Shown here: positions 30,701-37,145 of the stretch, one piece after another
Numbering within the stretch: the stretch's first letter is position 1
Layout of the letters: every line of letters starts with the position of its first letter
Origin: Thermoanaerobaculia bacterium
Lineage (GTDB): Bacteria > Acidobacteriota > Thermoanaerobaculia > Multivoradales > UBA5704
Direction: 5' to 3'
Assembly (NCBI GenBank): GCA_044226625.1
Contig: JBGAGQ010000061.1
Location: forward strand, 1-37,145
Length of the DNA: 37,145 nucleotides
Made by a program: the position numbers and the translations under genes
The notes under the pieces: model-generated
What the model was told of the DNA's origin: nothing
Database searches by the model: none
Seen by the model: only the letters and a program-made list of their open reading frames with translations

Positions 30701-31395
30701 GGAGCGATGTCGAGCACCAGCCGGGTGCCGGCCGCGGAGCCATCAGTCGCCCAGAGCTCCGCACCGTGGATGCCGTCGTTCGCTTCAAAAAGGAGATCGG
30801 TGCCGAGCACCCGCCAGAGAACCGGCGAGGACCCGGTCGGTCCGGGGCGGACGTCGACCAGCCGCTGGGTTCCTCCGACGGTGCCGTCGGTCGTCCAAAG
30901 CTCCTGACCGGCGGCGAAATCGCTCGCGGTGTAGATCAGTTTCCCGGCGAGCGGGCGGAAGAGATTCGGCGTGCTCCCGGCGAGCCCTGGCACCGCGTCG
31001 AGGATGATGTGCGTCCCCGCGGTCGTCCCGTCAGTGATCCACGGCTCGAAGCCATGCGCGCCATCGTCGGCCGAGAAGACGATCGAGCCCCCGAAGACCG
31101 TGAGATTGCGCGGCAGCGAATCGCACGAGCCCGGGCAAAGGTCGGTGATCCGCACCGTCCCCGCCGCCGTGCCGTCGGTCTTCCACAGCTCCAGGCCTTG
31201 CAGACCGTCGGAGGCGGAGAAATAGACCGTGCCCGAAAGCTCGACGAACTCGGTCGCGAAAAAGAAATTGTCGCTGCTGTCGTAGCGCGTCGTGTTGAGA
31301 TCGGCAACCTGGACCGGCGTCTGGGCTGCAGCGGAGATCGAGAAGAGGAGACAGAGGAAGGCGGGTGCGACCGAAGGAAAAGAAGCAAGGCGCAT
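27796..31395 (-). CDS. Secreted ELWxxDGT repeat protein with DUF11 domain and C-terminal PPCR...DVVGYFE module (1199 aa)
   Basis: Start MRLASFPSV (GGAG RBS, signal peptide); about 18 repeats; DUF11-like LSATKTVSG...VTYTVVITNSG...DTIPAGLTYLS. Confidence 0.92.
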   Translation of the reverse strand: MRLASFPSVAPAFLCLLFSISAAAQTPVQVADLNTTRYDSSDNFFFATEFVELSGTVYFSASDGLQGLELWKTDGTAAGTVRITDLCPGSCDSLPRNLTVFGGSIVFSADDGAHGFEPWITDGTTAGTHIILDAVPGLAGSTPNLFRPLAGKLIYTASDFAAGQELWTTDGTVGGTQRLVDVRPGPTGSSPVLWRVLGTDLLFEANDGIHGAELWATDGSAAGTRLVLDIAPGAGAALPGLTPVPGGLEFFAVLGSRLFFAASDGTTGLELWATDGTAAGTSRVADVNPGTGDSTPNDFEPLGSTLLFRANDGTSGPELWRTDGTGAGTVRVADLNAGSSGSSPYELTSFGGAIYFHADDGVHGRELWKSDGTEPGTTMLADIGPGSAAGLNLFQTPHGLIPVSATKMLFFSDDGTTGNELWVTDGTPAGTARVVDLNPGTLPSDVGSFAGGREVRVVSGGKLYFRVFDAAIAEGRQLYTSDGTAAGTSRVKRLVEQRSGVALPYFGRTVEPGQTAALAGKLIFAGDDGTSGAEPAASDGTVSGTIVLKDVRPGLDSPTPGEMTAVGSRVLFRATEGTNNDASLWATDGTPAGTAALTGPVLVQPSSLTAFGGKAYFTGFDAAHGAEVWSSDGTPGGTGLAFDLVPGVIGSVPTAFTPLGTNLFFTAGDTSAGNELWVTDGATAHRVADIRPGAVESSPAQLTASPTSGFGPSIYFSADDGVHGRELWVSDGTEAGTRIAADVNPGAGSSMAAFPIESFAGASSRTLVPFSLSGPVAFAADDGVSGEELWVSGPFNTFLLRDIFPGSTSSQPRQLTPVGRKVAFVADDGVHGRELWVTSQSPIVDGPMVLDLWPGAASSLPQHLTGFGGLVLFSADDGTHGREPWVTDGTPQGTRRFADLAPGDLPSSPYDFSTVGGDFYFAASDAVSGFELWRVPRSAFGARLSATKTVSGPFVPGGIVTYTVVITNSGLGAQLRTAGVPFEDTIPAGLTYLSATSSSGFPVVVLGSGSTQVAWAGEIPAGGQVTITIRCQIPAGTAAGTSIANQATIHYDSDGDLVDDVTLSTDDPTQPGGSDATAFRVGLGFYTVPPCRAFDNRTGPPLLNGSAETVTIGGVCGIPETAKAVAFNLTAITPTGAGFLRAYPSGAAPTLVSQVNFSSGQTRTNNGIVEIGADGKIVVQAALTGGALAYVFDVVGYFE

Positions 31396-31536
31396 GGTAA
31401 ATCTCCGGAGTTCCGGCCAGCCTAAACGAATCGGCGGGGGGCGGCTATCGAAATCTTGATCGGAGGGCGAAACGCCCCAGACTCTTCCCTGGGCACGCCA
31501 GGCTCCAGCCTGGCAACGGGAGCCTCGCCGATTCCT

Positions 31537-31809
31537 GGTGGTCTGGCCCGCGCCACCGGTGATCTCGCCGGGCTCGGCGGTGTTCCCGTCCGCGCCAGCG
31601 GTGGTCTGGTCGCGACCACCACTTGTCTGGAGCGCGCGAGCGGTGGGCTGGGCGAGATAAGCAGTATTCCCGTCCGGACCACGGGTGGTCTGGAGCGGAC
31701 CACCCCTGATCTGGTCGAGACCACCGCTGGCCTGGACGAGACCACCACTGATCTGGGGCAGACCACCGCTCACGCCGGGCGGAACACCGGTGGGTTGGGC
31801 GCGGCAGGA
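31537..31809. repeat. 13 x 21-bp degenerate palindromic tandem repeats (consensus about GGTGGTCTGGNCGNGACCACC)
   Basis: Exact 21-nt phasing, e.g. 31600 GGTGGTCTGGTCGCGACCACC, 31684 GGTGGTCTGGAGCGGACCACC, 31705 CCTGATCTGGTCGAGACCACC. Confidence 0.85.
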
Positions 31810-31837
31810 CGGCTGTCGTTCGGGAACGGCGGCATCG

Positions 31838-31966
31838 TACACCCGAGGTGTCCGAGAAAACGATAGTTTTTGGCGAGCTTTGTTTTTTTTCCTCGCCCGG
31901 CACGGCACCGCGGCGAAAAAAGAAAGTTCCCCAGAAACTATCGTTTTCTCGGAACCTCCTGGTGTA
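31838..31966. repeat. Long imperfect inverted repeat (~55-bp arms, 19-bp perfect core)
   Basis: TCCGAGAAAACGATAGTTT (31851-31869) and AAACTATCGTTTTCTCGGA (31935-31953), extending outward to TACACC/GGTGTA and inward to T-tract/A-tract. Confidence 0.85.
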
Positions 31967-32041
31967 GGGTGTGCCGGACGCCCCGAGCCCGCATGGCCGA
32001 AGTTCGCGAGCTCAAACGGCGCGCGGCGCTCGCCCGAGCCT

Positions 32042-32192
32042 CGCGAGCGGTTGAAACCGCTCGCTGCGTTATGACGTCCCTGGCGGGACGTCTCCAGCCG
32101 CGCGCCGCTCGGCTCGCCGGTTCGCCTCGATCGTTTCTGAGATCTCGTCCCGGAGGGACGATTGCCCTAGCGAGGGATTTCAATCCCTCGCG
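32042..32192. repeat. REP doublet (REPIN-like) copy 1
   Basis: GCGAGCGGTTGAAACCGCTCGC..CGTCCCTGGCGGGACG, a spacer, then the inverted unit CGTCCCGGAGGGACG..GCGAGGGATTTCAATCCCTCGC. Confidence 0.8.
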
Positions 32193-32240
32193 GGGTTGGT
32201 GGAACCCGCGGGATTCGCGGGGCATTCATGCCGCCACTTT

Positions 32241-35200
32241 TTACCGCCCCGCCTTCTCCAGCGTTTCGATGAGGAAAAGGATCTCGGCGGCCATCGAGTA
32301 GTTCAATTCCGGGGCCTCTGCAAGCGTGCGGTCGCGGCTGCCGGCGACAATGGCTTGGAGCGGGGCAATGAACGGCCGGAACCACGCTGGCATGTCGGGA
32401 TCTGCAGCAACTTGGTGGAGCAGGGCCGCAGCTTGGTTGGCATCCCCGGCGAGCAGGGCCTGCGTTACAGCGAGGCTGATGCGGCCATCGGTGGCGTGGT
32501 TCTCACCGCCATCCCGGCGGTAGGAGAGGTAGCTGGCGATGGCCTTGGCCCTGGCCTTCGCGGCGGCGGCGGGGTGGCCGGAGTCTGTCTCGAGCTCGGC
32601 AAGAACTGACAGGAATCGCCAGGGTTCCCCCGAATGACCGAGCGGCTCAAGGCATTCGATAGCTCTTCCGATTTCTTTTCGCGCTTCGTCGAAGCGACGG
32701 AGCCGGCGCAACGTCGCGCCGAGGTTGCTCCTACATTTGCCTTCGTTCGCGAAGTCGCCGCTCTCGAAATGCTTGTCGGCCGCTTGCCGGTAGAAGGCCA
32801 CGGCTTCTTCCGGCCGTCGGAGGACATCGTCATAGAAGTTGCCCAACTGGTTGAGCGTGTTCGCCTGTCCGGTGACATTCCCGAGCTGCACTTTGATCGC
32901 GAGCGATTTCCGGTAGGCCTCCTCTGCGGCTTCCGGCTGGCCGGCCTCCTGGCACACCCTACCGGTCTGGTGCCAGCTCACTGCGACGGCGCCTGGTTCG
33001 TCCAATTGCGTGAACCGCTCGCGCGCTTCCTCGTACGCCGCAAGCGCATCCGCGTATCGACGCTGCATTAGGCGAACAGCCCCTAACTGGCCTTTGCCCA
33101 CAGCGACCGCTCGGTCATCACCGAGTCTCTCGCTGAGATGGATGCCTTCTTCGTAGGCCGCCGCCGCTTCGTCGAGTCGGCCAAGATCGAGTAGGCAGTC
33201 GCCTTGTTCCGAAAGGCACTTGGCAGCCATCTGTTCCGCGCCGTTATTCGGGCGATCCTTTGCTACGGCCTCGAAACGTTTGCGGGCCTCGTCTAGCATT
33301 TGCAGGGCCTGCTCCGAGCCTCCAGCCGTTTTCAACACTCGACCTAGGAGCCAGCACGCACCCGCTAAGTCGAAATCGGCATTGGGATAGGCCTTCTCGC
33401 CCGCCGACCGGGAACGCTCCAGCAGGGTCCTCGCGTCTGCGAACGCTTCGCGCAATCTCCCACTGCCTATCTGCTGCTCGATGCGGGTCCGTGTCGCCTC
33501 GAACCGTGCGTGGCTCCAGGCACGGTCCGGAGTTTCGAGCCTTTTCGCTGCCGCGTCGCGCACCTGTCCCACGCGCTCTAGCAGTCGCGGTTTACCGACA
33601 AATTGAAGCAGGCCGTAGAGTGAGGTGGCGAGATCGATCGTCGCTTCTGAATCTCCCGCGCGCTCCACCTGGTCGAGCAGCGCGAAGAGATTCGACAGCT
33701 CCAACCCCGTCAGGGTCGCGGCGACCTCGGCTTTCTGGCTCCGCTGCTGATCGAGGAACCCAACGTACACACCCATCGCCTCGGCCCACCGCACCGTAAG
33801 CGCCTCCCGCTCGACGCTCTCCATCCGCCCGCGCAGGTAGGGGCAGAGTGCGGGGTTGAGGGTGAGGTGGTCGTAGGGATTCGGCGTCGCAAGGCCGGTC
33901 TGGACCAACTCGACCGCGAGCGCGAGAACCTCCGGCTTCTCCCACTCCATCATTACCCGGAGCACGTCCAGGTCGACCGCGCCGTGAAACACCCCGAGCA
34001 TCCGCGCCTTCTCCTGATTCTCCGGTGACATACGTCGAAGCGAAAGCTCGACGCTCGCAAAGACCGATTTCTCCCGGCTACCGGGCGAACCTACGGGATA
34101 ACGCCGATCCATTTCCTCCATGAGCTCGCCGAGCGCTTCGCGGGTCGCCTCCACCCCTCCGCTGCGAAGGGAGGGCGCCAGCAGCGTGAGCGTCCGCGCA
34201 TGCCCCGCGACGGCATCGACCAGTTCTTCGATCGCTTCGCGCGCGGCGTCGAGAGCCTCTCCGTCGGACTCGTTAAGCACCCGCTCGACGAGCTTCACGG
34301 CGTCTTCGCGGCCGAGGCGGAAGAGCTCTCTCCGGTTCCGCTCCCCATCGAACGGCGCGGGGAGTGCCTCCCGGCTGGTGAAGACGAGGCGCGTTTCGCC
34401 CACTTTCAACAGCCGTTCGCACAGGGCGAGGATGGCGCTCAGCTCGCGGGCCGCATCTTCGGAGAGGGCGTTGGGCGTCTCCTCGTCGAGATACGGCGGC
34501 AGGAGAATGCTTTCCATGTTGTCCACGATCAAGAGCGTCGGCTGCTCGCGGAGCGAACGCTCGATGGGGAGGACGGCTTTCTCCAGGTTCTCGAACGTGG
34601 CGACGGAGTACGAATCGCCCACCAACTGATGGCCGATCGCGTCTAGCGCCGCTTTGGCGTTGCCGTGCGTTTCCACCGAAACGAACGCCGCGCGGTGGAC
34701 CTGCTGTGAACGCACCATCCAGCGCGCGAACTCGGCCGCGAGAGCGGTTTTCCCTTCGCCGCCCTGGCCGCGGACGACGGCGTAGCGGTCGTCGCGCAGC
34801 AGCCTTTGAAGGGCGAGCAATTCCCGGCTTCGCCCGATGAAGCCGGTTGGGGGCACCGGACATTTCTCATCGAGATGGCCAAGGCGCGACGAGAGGATCG
34901 TCCGCAGATCCTCCCGCGTCTGCGGCGCGGGCGTGTTCTCGAAGAGCTGCGGATCCTCTTTCTCCTGAAAGAGGACCGGCACGAACCAGTCGGCCAGCCG
35001 AAGCTCACCGGCTCCGAAAATGCGACCGCGGAAGTCGTCGTCGTACAAGCCCCGCTGACCCGCGAGCATCGCGTCGCCCACGCGGTGGCCGCTCGCGAGG
35101 GCGTCGTAGAACCTTTCGACGAAGCGGCGCGCGGTCTCGACGAGGACACTGTGGCTCATCGCGACGACGGAGGAGACTCCTTGCTGCAGCAGCTCCGAGG

Positions 35201-36647
35201 CCACGGACTCCGACGTGTCTTCCGCCTGCGCCGTCTGGCAGGCTTCGAGAAAGACGAGCGGGATACGGTAGTCCTTGAGCAGAGGTCCGAGCTTGTCCGT
35301 GAAGACGGTGACGTGCCGGCGCTTTTCGAGCTTGCCGGTGTCCTCGGGGCTCTCGAAACAGAGCCCGCCGAGGCCGACTCGCCGGTCGTATATGCCATGC
35401 CCGTCGAAATGGACCACGTGGTAGGGCTCGCGAGCCTTGAATGCGCGTTGAAGCTCTTCGCCCAGCGCGCCGAACGTCGGCGGGCTGAGAACGTGAAGGC
35501 GGACAAGGCCGCCTAGCTCTTCCATCGCCTCGACGAGAGGGAGCGCGCTCGCCCGGTGGTCGATGTAGCCGCAGGCCTCGTCCTCCGGGCGCGCGGTCAC
35601 GAGCAGAACGCGGATCGGGGCGGCGACCTTGGAAACGTCGGTCGGCAACGTGTTCCGGGGACGTCGGCGAACCCGAACGGGCTTCGCGCCTTGGAAGAGA
35701 TAGCCGTCGCCGTCGTGAAGCAGCTCCCACGGGAGTCCCAGCAAGAGCGTCGCGGATTCTTGGGAAGCCTCTTCGTCGGCGGCTGAGGTCCCCGCTTCCA
35801 CGGACGCATCGACTTCGACGGAGAAGCGCCGGCCGGCATGGGCGTCGACTCTCGACCACGAGCTCATGACGTCCCCCAGATAGGCGACGGGAAACGCTGC
35901 GTCGTGGAGGAGTCGGCCCCAGGCTTCGAGATTGTCCCTCACCTTCTGAGCCCGAGGGGCAAAGTAGGGGCTCGGCCAAACGGCGTACTGCTCTAGATAC
36001 CAGCTCAGCTCTCCGGCCTCGATCGGGCCGATGGGCGCGACCAGCCTCCAGCTCTGCTCGCTCGCGACTTCGCGCTGGCCCGCCGTCGCCGGCTCGTAGA
36101 CCAGCCGCGTGCGGGCCGAGGGGCGGCGGACGCCGTCCTTTTCGAAGAACTTGAGATCGGTCAGCGCGAGGACCAGCTCTTCGAGCGGCTCGGCTTTCGG
36201 TTGCGAAGGAACGGGCACGTCGGCCGCGAGCCTCTTTCCCATCGCGACGAGGAGCGGGTTCATTGCCGCCTCGACGCCCCCGGCCGCGCCGCTCACGGGG
36301 AGGTAGACCGGTTCCTCGCCGAAGAATTCCTCCAGCACGCCGAGCTTCGTTCCATTCAGCGACAGCGGAATGACTGGGAAATTGGCCTTGCCTCGCTCTT
36401 CGCGAAGCTTGAGCGCGTGGCGCAGCTCCTTGCCGACCCACTTCGATTCCAGCGCGTCCGGGCTGACGACGACGGCGTAGGCCGAGGACTCCTCGATAGC
36501 TTTCTGGATCTCCGACCAGAGCGGATCGCCCGCGCGCAGCTCGCGCGAATCGATCCACGCGTCCTGCTTGAGATCGGCGAGCGTCCAACGCAGCTCGCGC
36601 ACGAAGCCGTCGTCCTTCGAGCTATGGGAAATGAAGAGCTTGCTCAT
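32241..36647 (-). CDS. TIR-CHAT-STAND (NB-ARC/NACHT-like) ATPase-TPR protein, NLR-like
   Basis: TIR: KLFISHSSKD, WID, VVVSP, SKWVGKEL. CHAT: LPWELL, HVVHFDGHG, VFLEACQTA. Walker A GQGGEGKT and Walker B LLIVDNMES. C-terminal TPRs. Confidence 0.93.
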   Translation of the reverse strand: MSKLFISHSSKDDGFVRELRWTLADLKQDAWIDSRELRAGDPLWSEIQKAIEESSAYAVVVSPDALESKWVGKELRHALKLREERGKANFPVIPLSLNGTKLGVLEEFFGEEPVYLPVSGAAGGVEAAMNPLLVAMGKRLAADVPVPSQPKAEPLEELVLALTDLKFFEKDGVRRPSARTRLVYEPATAGQREVASEQSWRLVAPIGPIEAGELSWYLEQYAVWPSPYFAPRAQKVRDNLEAWGRLLHDAAFPVAYLGDVMSSWSRVDAHAGRRFSVEVDASVEAGTSAADEEASQESATLLLGLPWELLHDGDGYLFQGAKPVRVRRRPRNTLPTDVSKVAAPIRVLLVTARPEDEACGYIDHRASALPLVEAMEELGGLVRLHVLSPPTFGALGEELQRAFKAREPYHVVHFDGHGIYDRRVGLGGLCFESPEDTGKLEKRRHVTVFTDKLGPLLKDYRIPLVFLEACQTAQAEDTSESVASELLQQGVSSVVAMSHSVLVETARRFVERFYDALASGHRVGDAMLAGQRGLYDDDFRGRIFGAGELRLADWFVPVLFQEKEDPQLFENTPAPQTREDLRTILSSRLGHLDEKCPVPPTGFIGRSRELLALQRLLRDDRYAVVRGQGGEGKTALAAEFARWMVRSQQVHRAAFVSVETHGNAKAALDAIGHQLVGDSYSVATFENLEKAVLPIERSLREQPTLLIVDNMESILLPPYLDEETPNALSEDAARELSAILALCERLLKVGETRLVFTSREALPAPFDGERNRRELFRLGREDAVKLVERVLNESDGEALDAAREAIEELVDAVAGHARTLTLLAPSLRSGGVEATREALGELMEEMDRRYPVGSPGSREKSVFASVELSLRRMSPENQEKARMLGVFHGAVDLDVLRVMMEWEKPEVLALAVELVQTGLATPNPYDHLTLNPALCPYLRGRMESVEREALTVRWAEAMGVYVGFLDQQRSQKAEVAATLTGLELSNLFALLDQVERAGDSEATIDLATSLYGLLQFVGKPRLLERVGQVRDAAAKRLETPDRAWSHARFEATRTRIEQQIGSGRLREAFADARTLLERSRSAGEKAYPNADFDLAGACWLLGRVLKTAGGSEQALQMLDEARKRFEAVAKDRPNNGAEQMAAKCLSEQGDCLLDLGRLDEAAAAYEEGIHLSERLGDDRAVAVGKGQLGAVRLMQRRYADALAAYEEARERFTQLDEPGAVAVSWHQTGRVCQEAGQPEAAEEAYRKSLAIKVQLGNVTGQANTLNQLGNFYDDVLRRPEEAVAFYRQAADKHFESGDFANEGKCRSNLGATLRRLRRFDEARKEIGRAIECLEPLGHSGEPWRFLSVLAELETDSGHPAAAAKARAKAIASYLSYRRDGGENHATDGRISLAVTQALLAGDANQAAALLHQVAADPDMPAWFRPFIAPLQAIVAGSRDRTLAEAPELNYSMAAEILFLIETLEKAGR

Positions 36648-36654
36648 GGCTAAT

Positions 36655-36660
36655 ATTTTA
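36655..36660 (-). promoter_or_regulatory. -10 box TAAAAT, 7 nt before the ATG (leaderless transcript)
   Basis: Minus strand reads GGTAAAAT-ATTAGCC-ATG; no Shine-Dalgarno. Confidence 0.55.
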
Positions 36661-36728
36661 CCGACAGCGCGAGCGGGGCGGTCGAATGATGGGAGCGAGC
36701 GATCGAACCGGGCAAATGCGCCCCGTCC

Positions 36729-36847
36729 CGCGAGCGGTTGAAACCGCTCGCTACGTTAGACGTCCCTCCGGGACGTGATGGCCGACCCTCCCGAGCCGCT
36801 CGTCCCGGTGGGACGACTACCGAAGCGAGGGATTTCAATCCCTCGCG
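36729..36847. repeat. REP doublet (REPIN-like) copy 2, same orientation as copy 1
   Basis: GCGAGCGGTTGAAACCGCTCGC..CGTCCCTCCGGGACG, a spacer, then CGTCCCGGTGGGACG..GCGAGGGATTTCAATCCCTCGC. Confidence 0.8.
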
Positions 36848-36920
36848 GCCCTTGCGCGGCCCTTCGCGCGGCCCTTGCGCGGGCTTCGCCCGGGCTTCAC
36901 GCGGGCCTCGCGCGCCCCTA
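36845..36920. repeat. Short 11-12 bp degenerate tandem repeat (GCGGCCCTT[C]GC)
   Basis: gcggcccttgc gcggcccttcgc gcggcccttgc gcgggcttcgc ccgggcttcac gcgggcctcgc. Confidence 0.6.
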
Positions 36921-37067
36921 ACGCCGGCCTCGCGGGCGTCCGCGCCCCCTCTCGGCGAGCTTGTTCGCGCTGGCACAAGGTTGCCGGTATACTTCCCGCC
37001 CGAGGTCCGCCTCGGCATTCCACCCGAGAACCGTCCCGAAAATCTCCCATAGAACGCCCTCGACACC

Positions 37068-37145
37068 ATGGCCGCCGAAAACTCCTTCGACATCGTCTCC
37101 ACGGTAGATTTTCAAGAGATCAAGAACGCGGTGCAGCAGGCCGCG
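37068..37145 (+). CDS. yajQ: YajQ family nucleotide/c-di-GMP-binding protein, N-terminal fragment
   Basis: MAAENSFDIVSTVDFQEIKNAVQQAA matches the YajQ N-terminus SFDIVS..D..E..NAV.Q. Runs off the window. Confidence 0.88.
   Translation, partial: MAAENSFDIVSTVDFQEIKNAVQQAA

Noticed and set aside
28756-31425. 889-aa ORF and other long overlapping ORFs (4226..6307, 4822..6483, 16469..18961, 35005..36588)
   Set aside because: Alternative-frame or antisense shadows of well-supported genes.
31537-31809. Possible CRISPR array (also considered for 2290-2660)
   Set aside because: Units are contiguous and degenerate, with no unique spacers and no cas genes in the window.
31396-31908. 171-aa N-terminal extension of the long ELWxxDGT ORF
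   Set aside because: It runs through the 21-bp repeat array. The signal peptide, RBS and paralog alignment place the start at 31395.
36971-36984. Sigma54-like TGGCAC-AAGG-TTGC upstream of yajQ
   Set aside because: GG-to-GC spacing is 9 nt rather than the required 10. The nearby TATACT suggests a sigma70 promoter instead.

Overview
High-GC bacterial window. Gene content and small-protein families suggest Acidobacteriota, probably Thermoanaerobaculia (inference only). Housekeeping genes: etfB (partial), etfA, a cupin, a TrmH methyltransferase, a DUF84/YjjX-like NTPase, metK, ahcY, an ABC1 kinase and yajQ (partial). Accessory content: an HTH gene, a 20-21 bp palindromic repeat array, an overlapping small-ORF/nucleotidyltransferase pair, a CASTOR/POLLUX-like channel and two orphan Cys/Ser/Thr-rich RiPP-like precursors (one missed by the ORF track). 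It also holds a large DUF3857-transglutaminase-TPR protein, several secreted proteins and two tandem ELWxxDGT paralogs, one an internal-deletion derivative. The most notable locus is a 1468-aa TIR-CHAT(caspase-like)-STAND ATPase-TPR gene with intact catalytic motifs and an apparent leaderless promoter. It is bracketed by two same-orientation REP doublets (REPIN-like) and lies next to a long inverted repeat and a second 21-bp palindromic array. No CRISPR array, tRNA, rRNA, integrase or transposase was seen. All calls come from reading motifs by eye; no searches were run.
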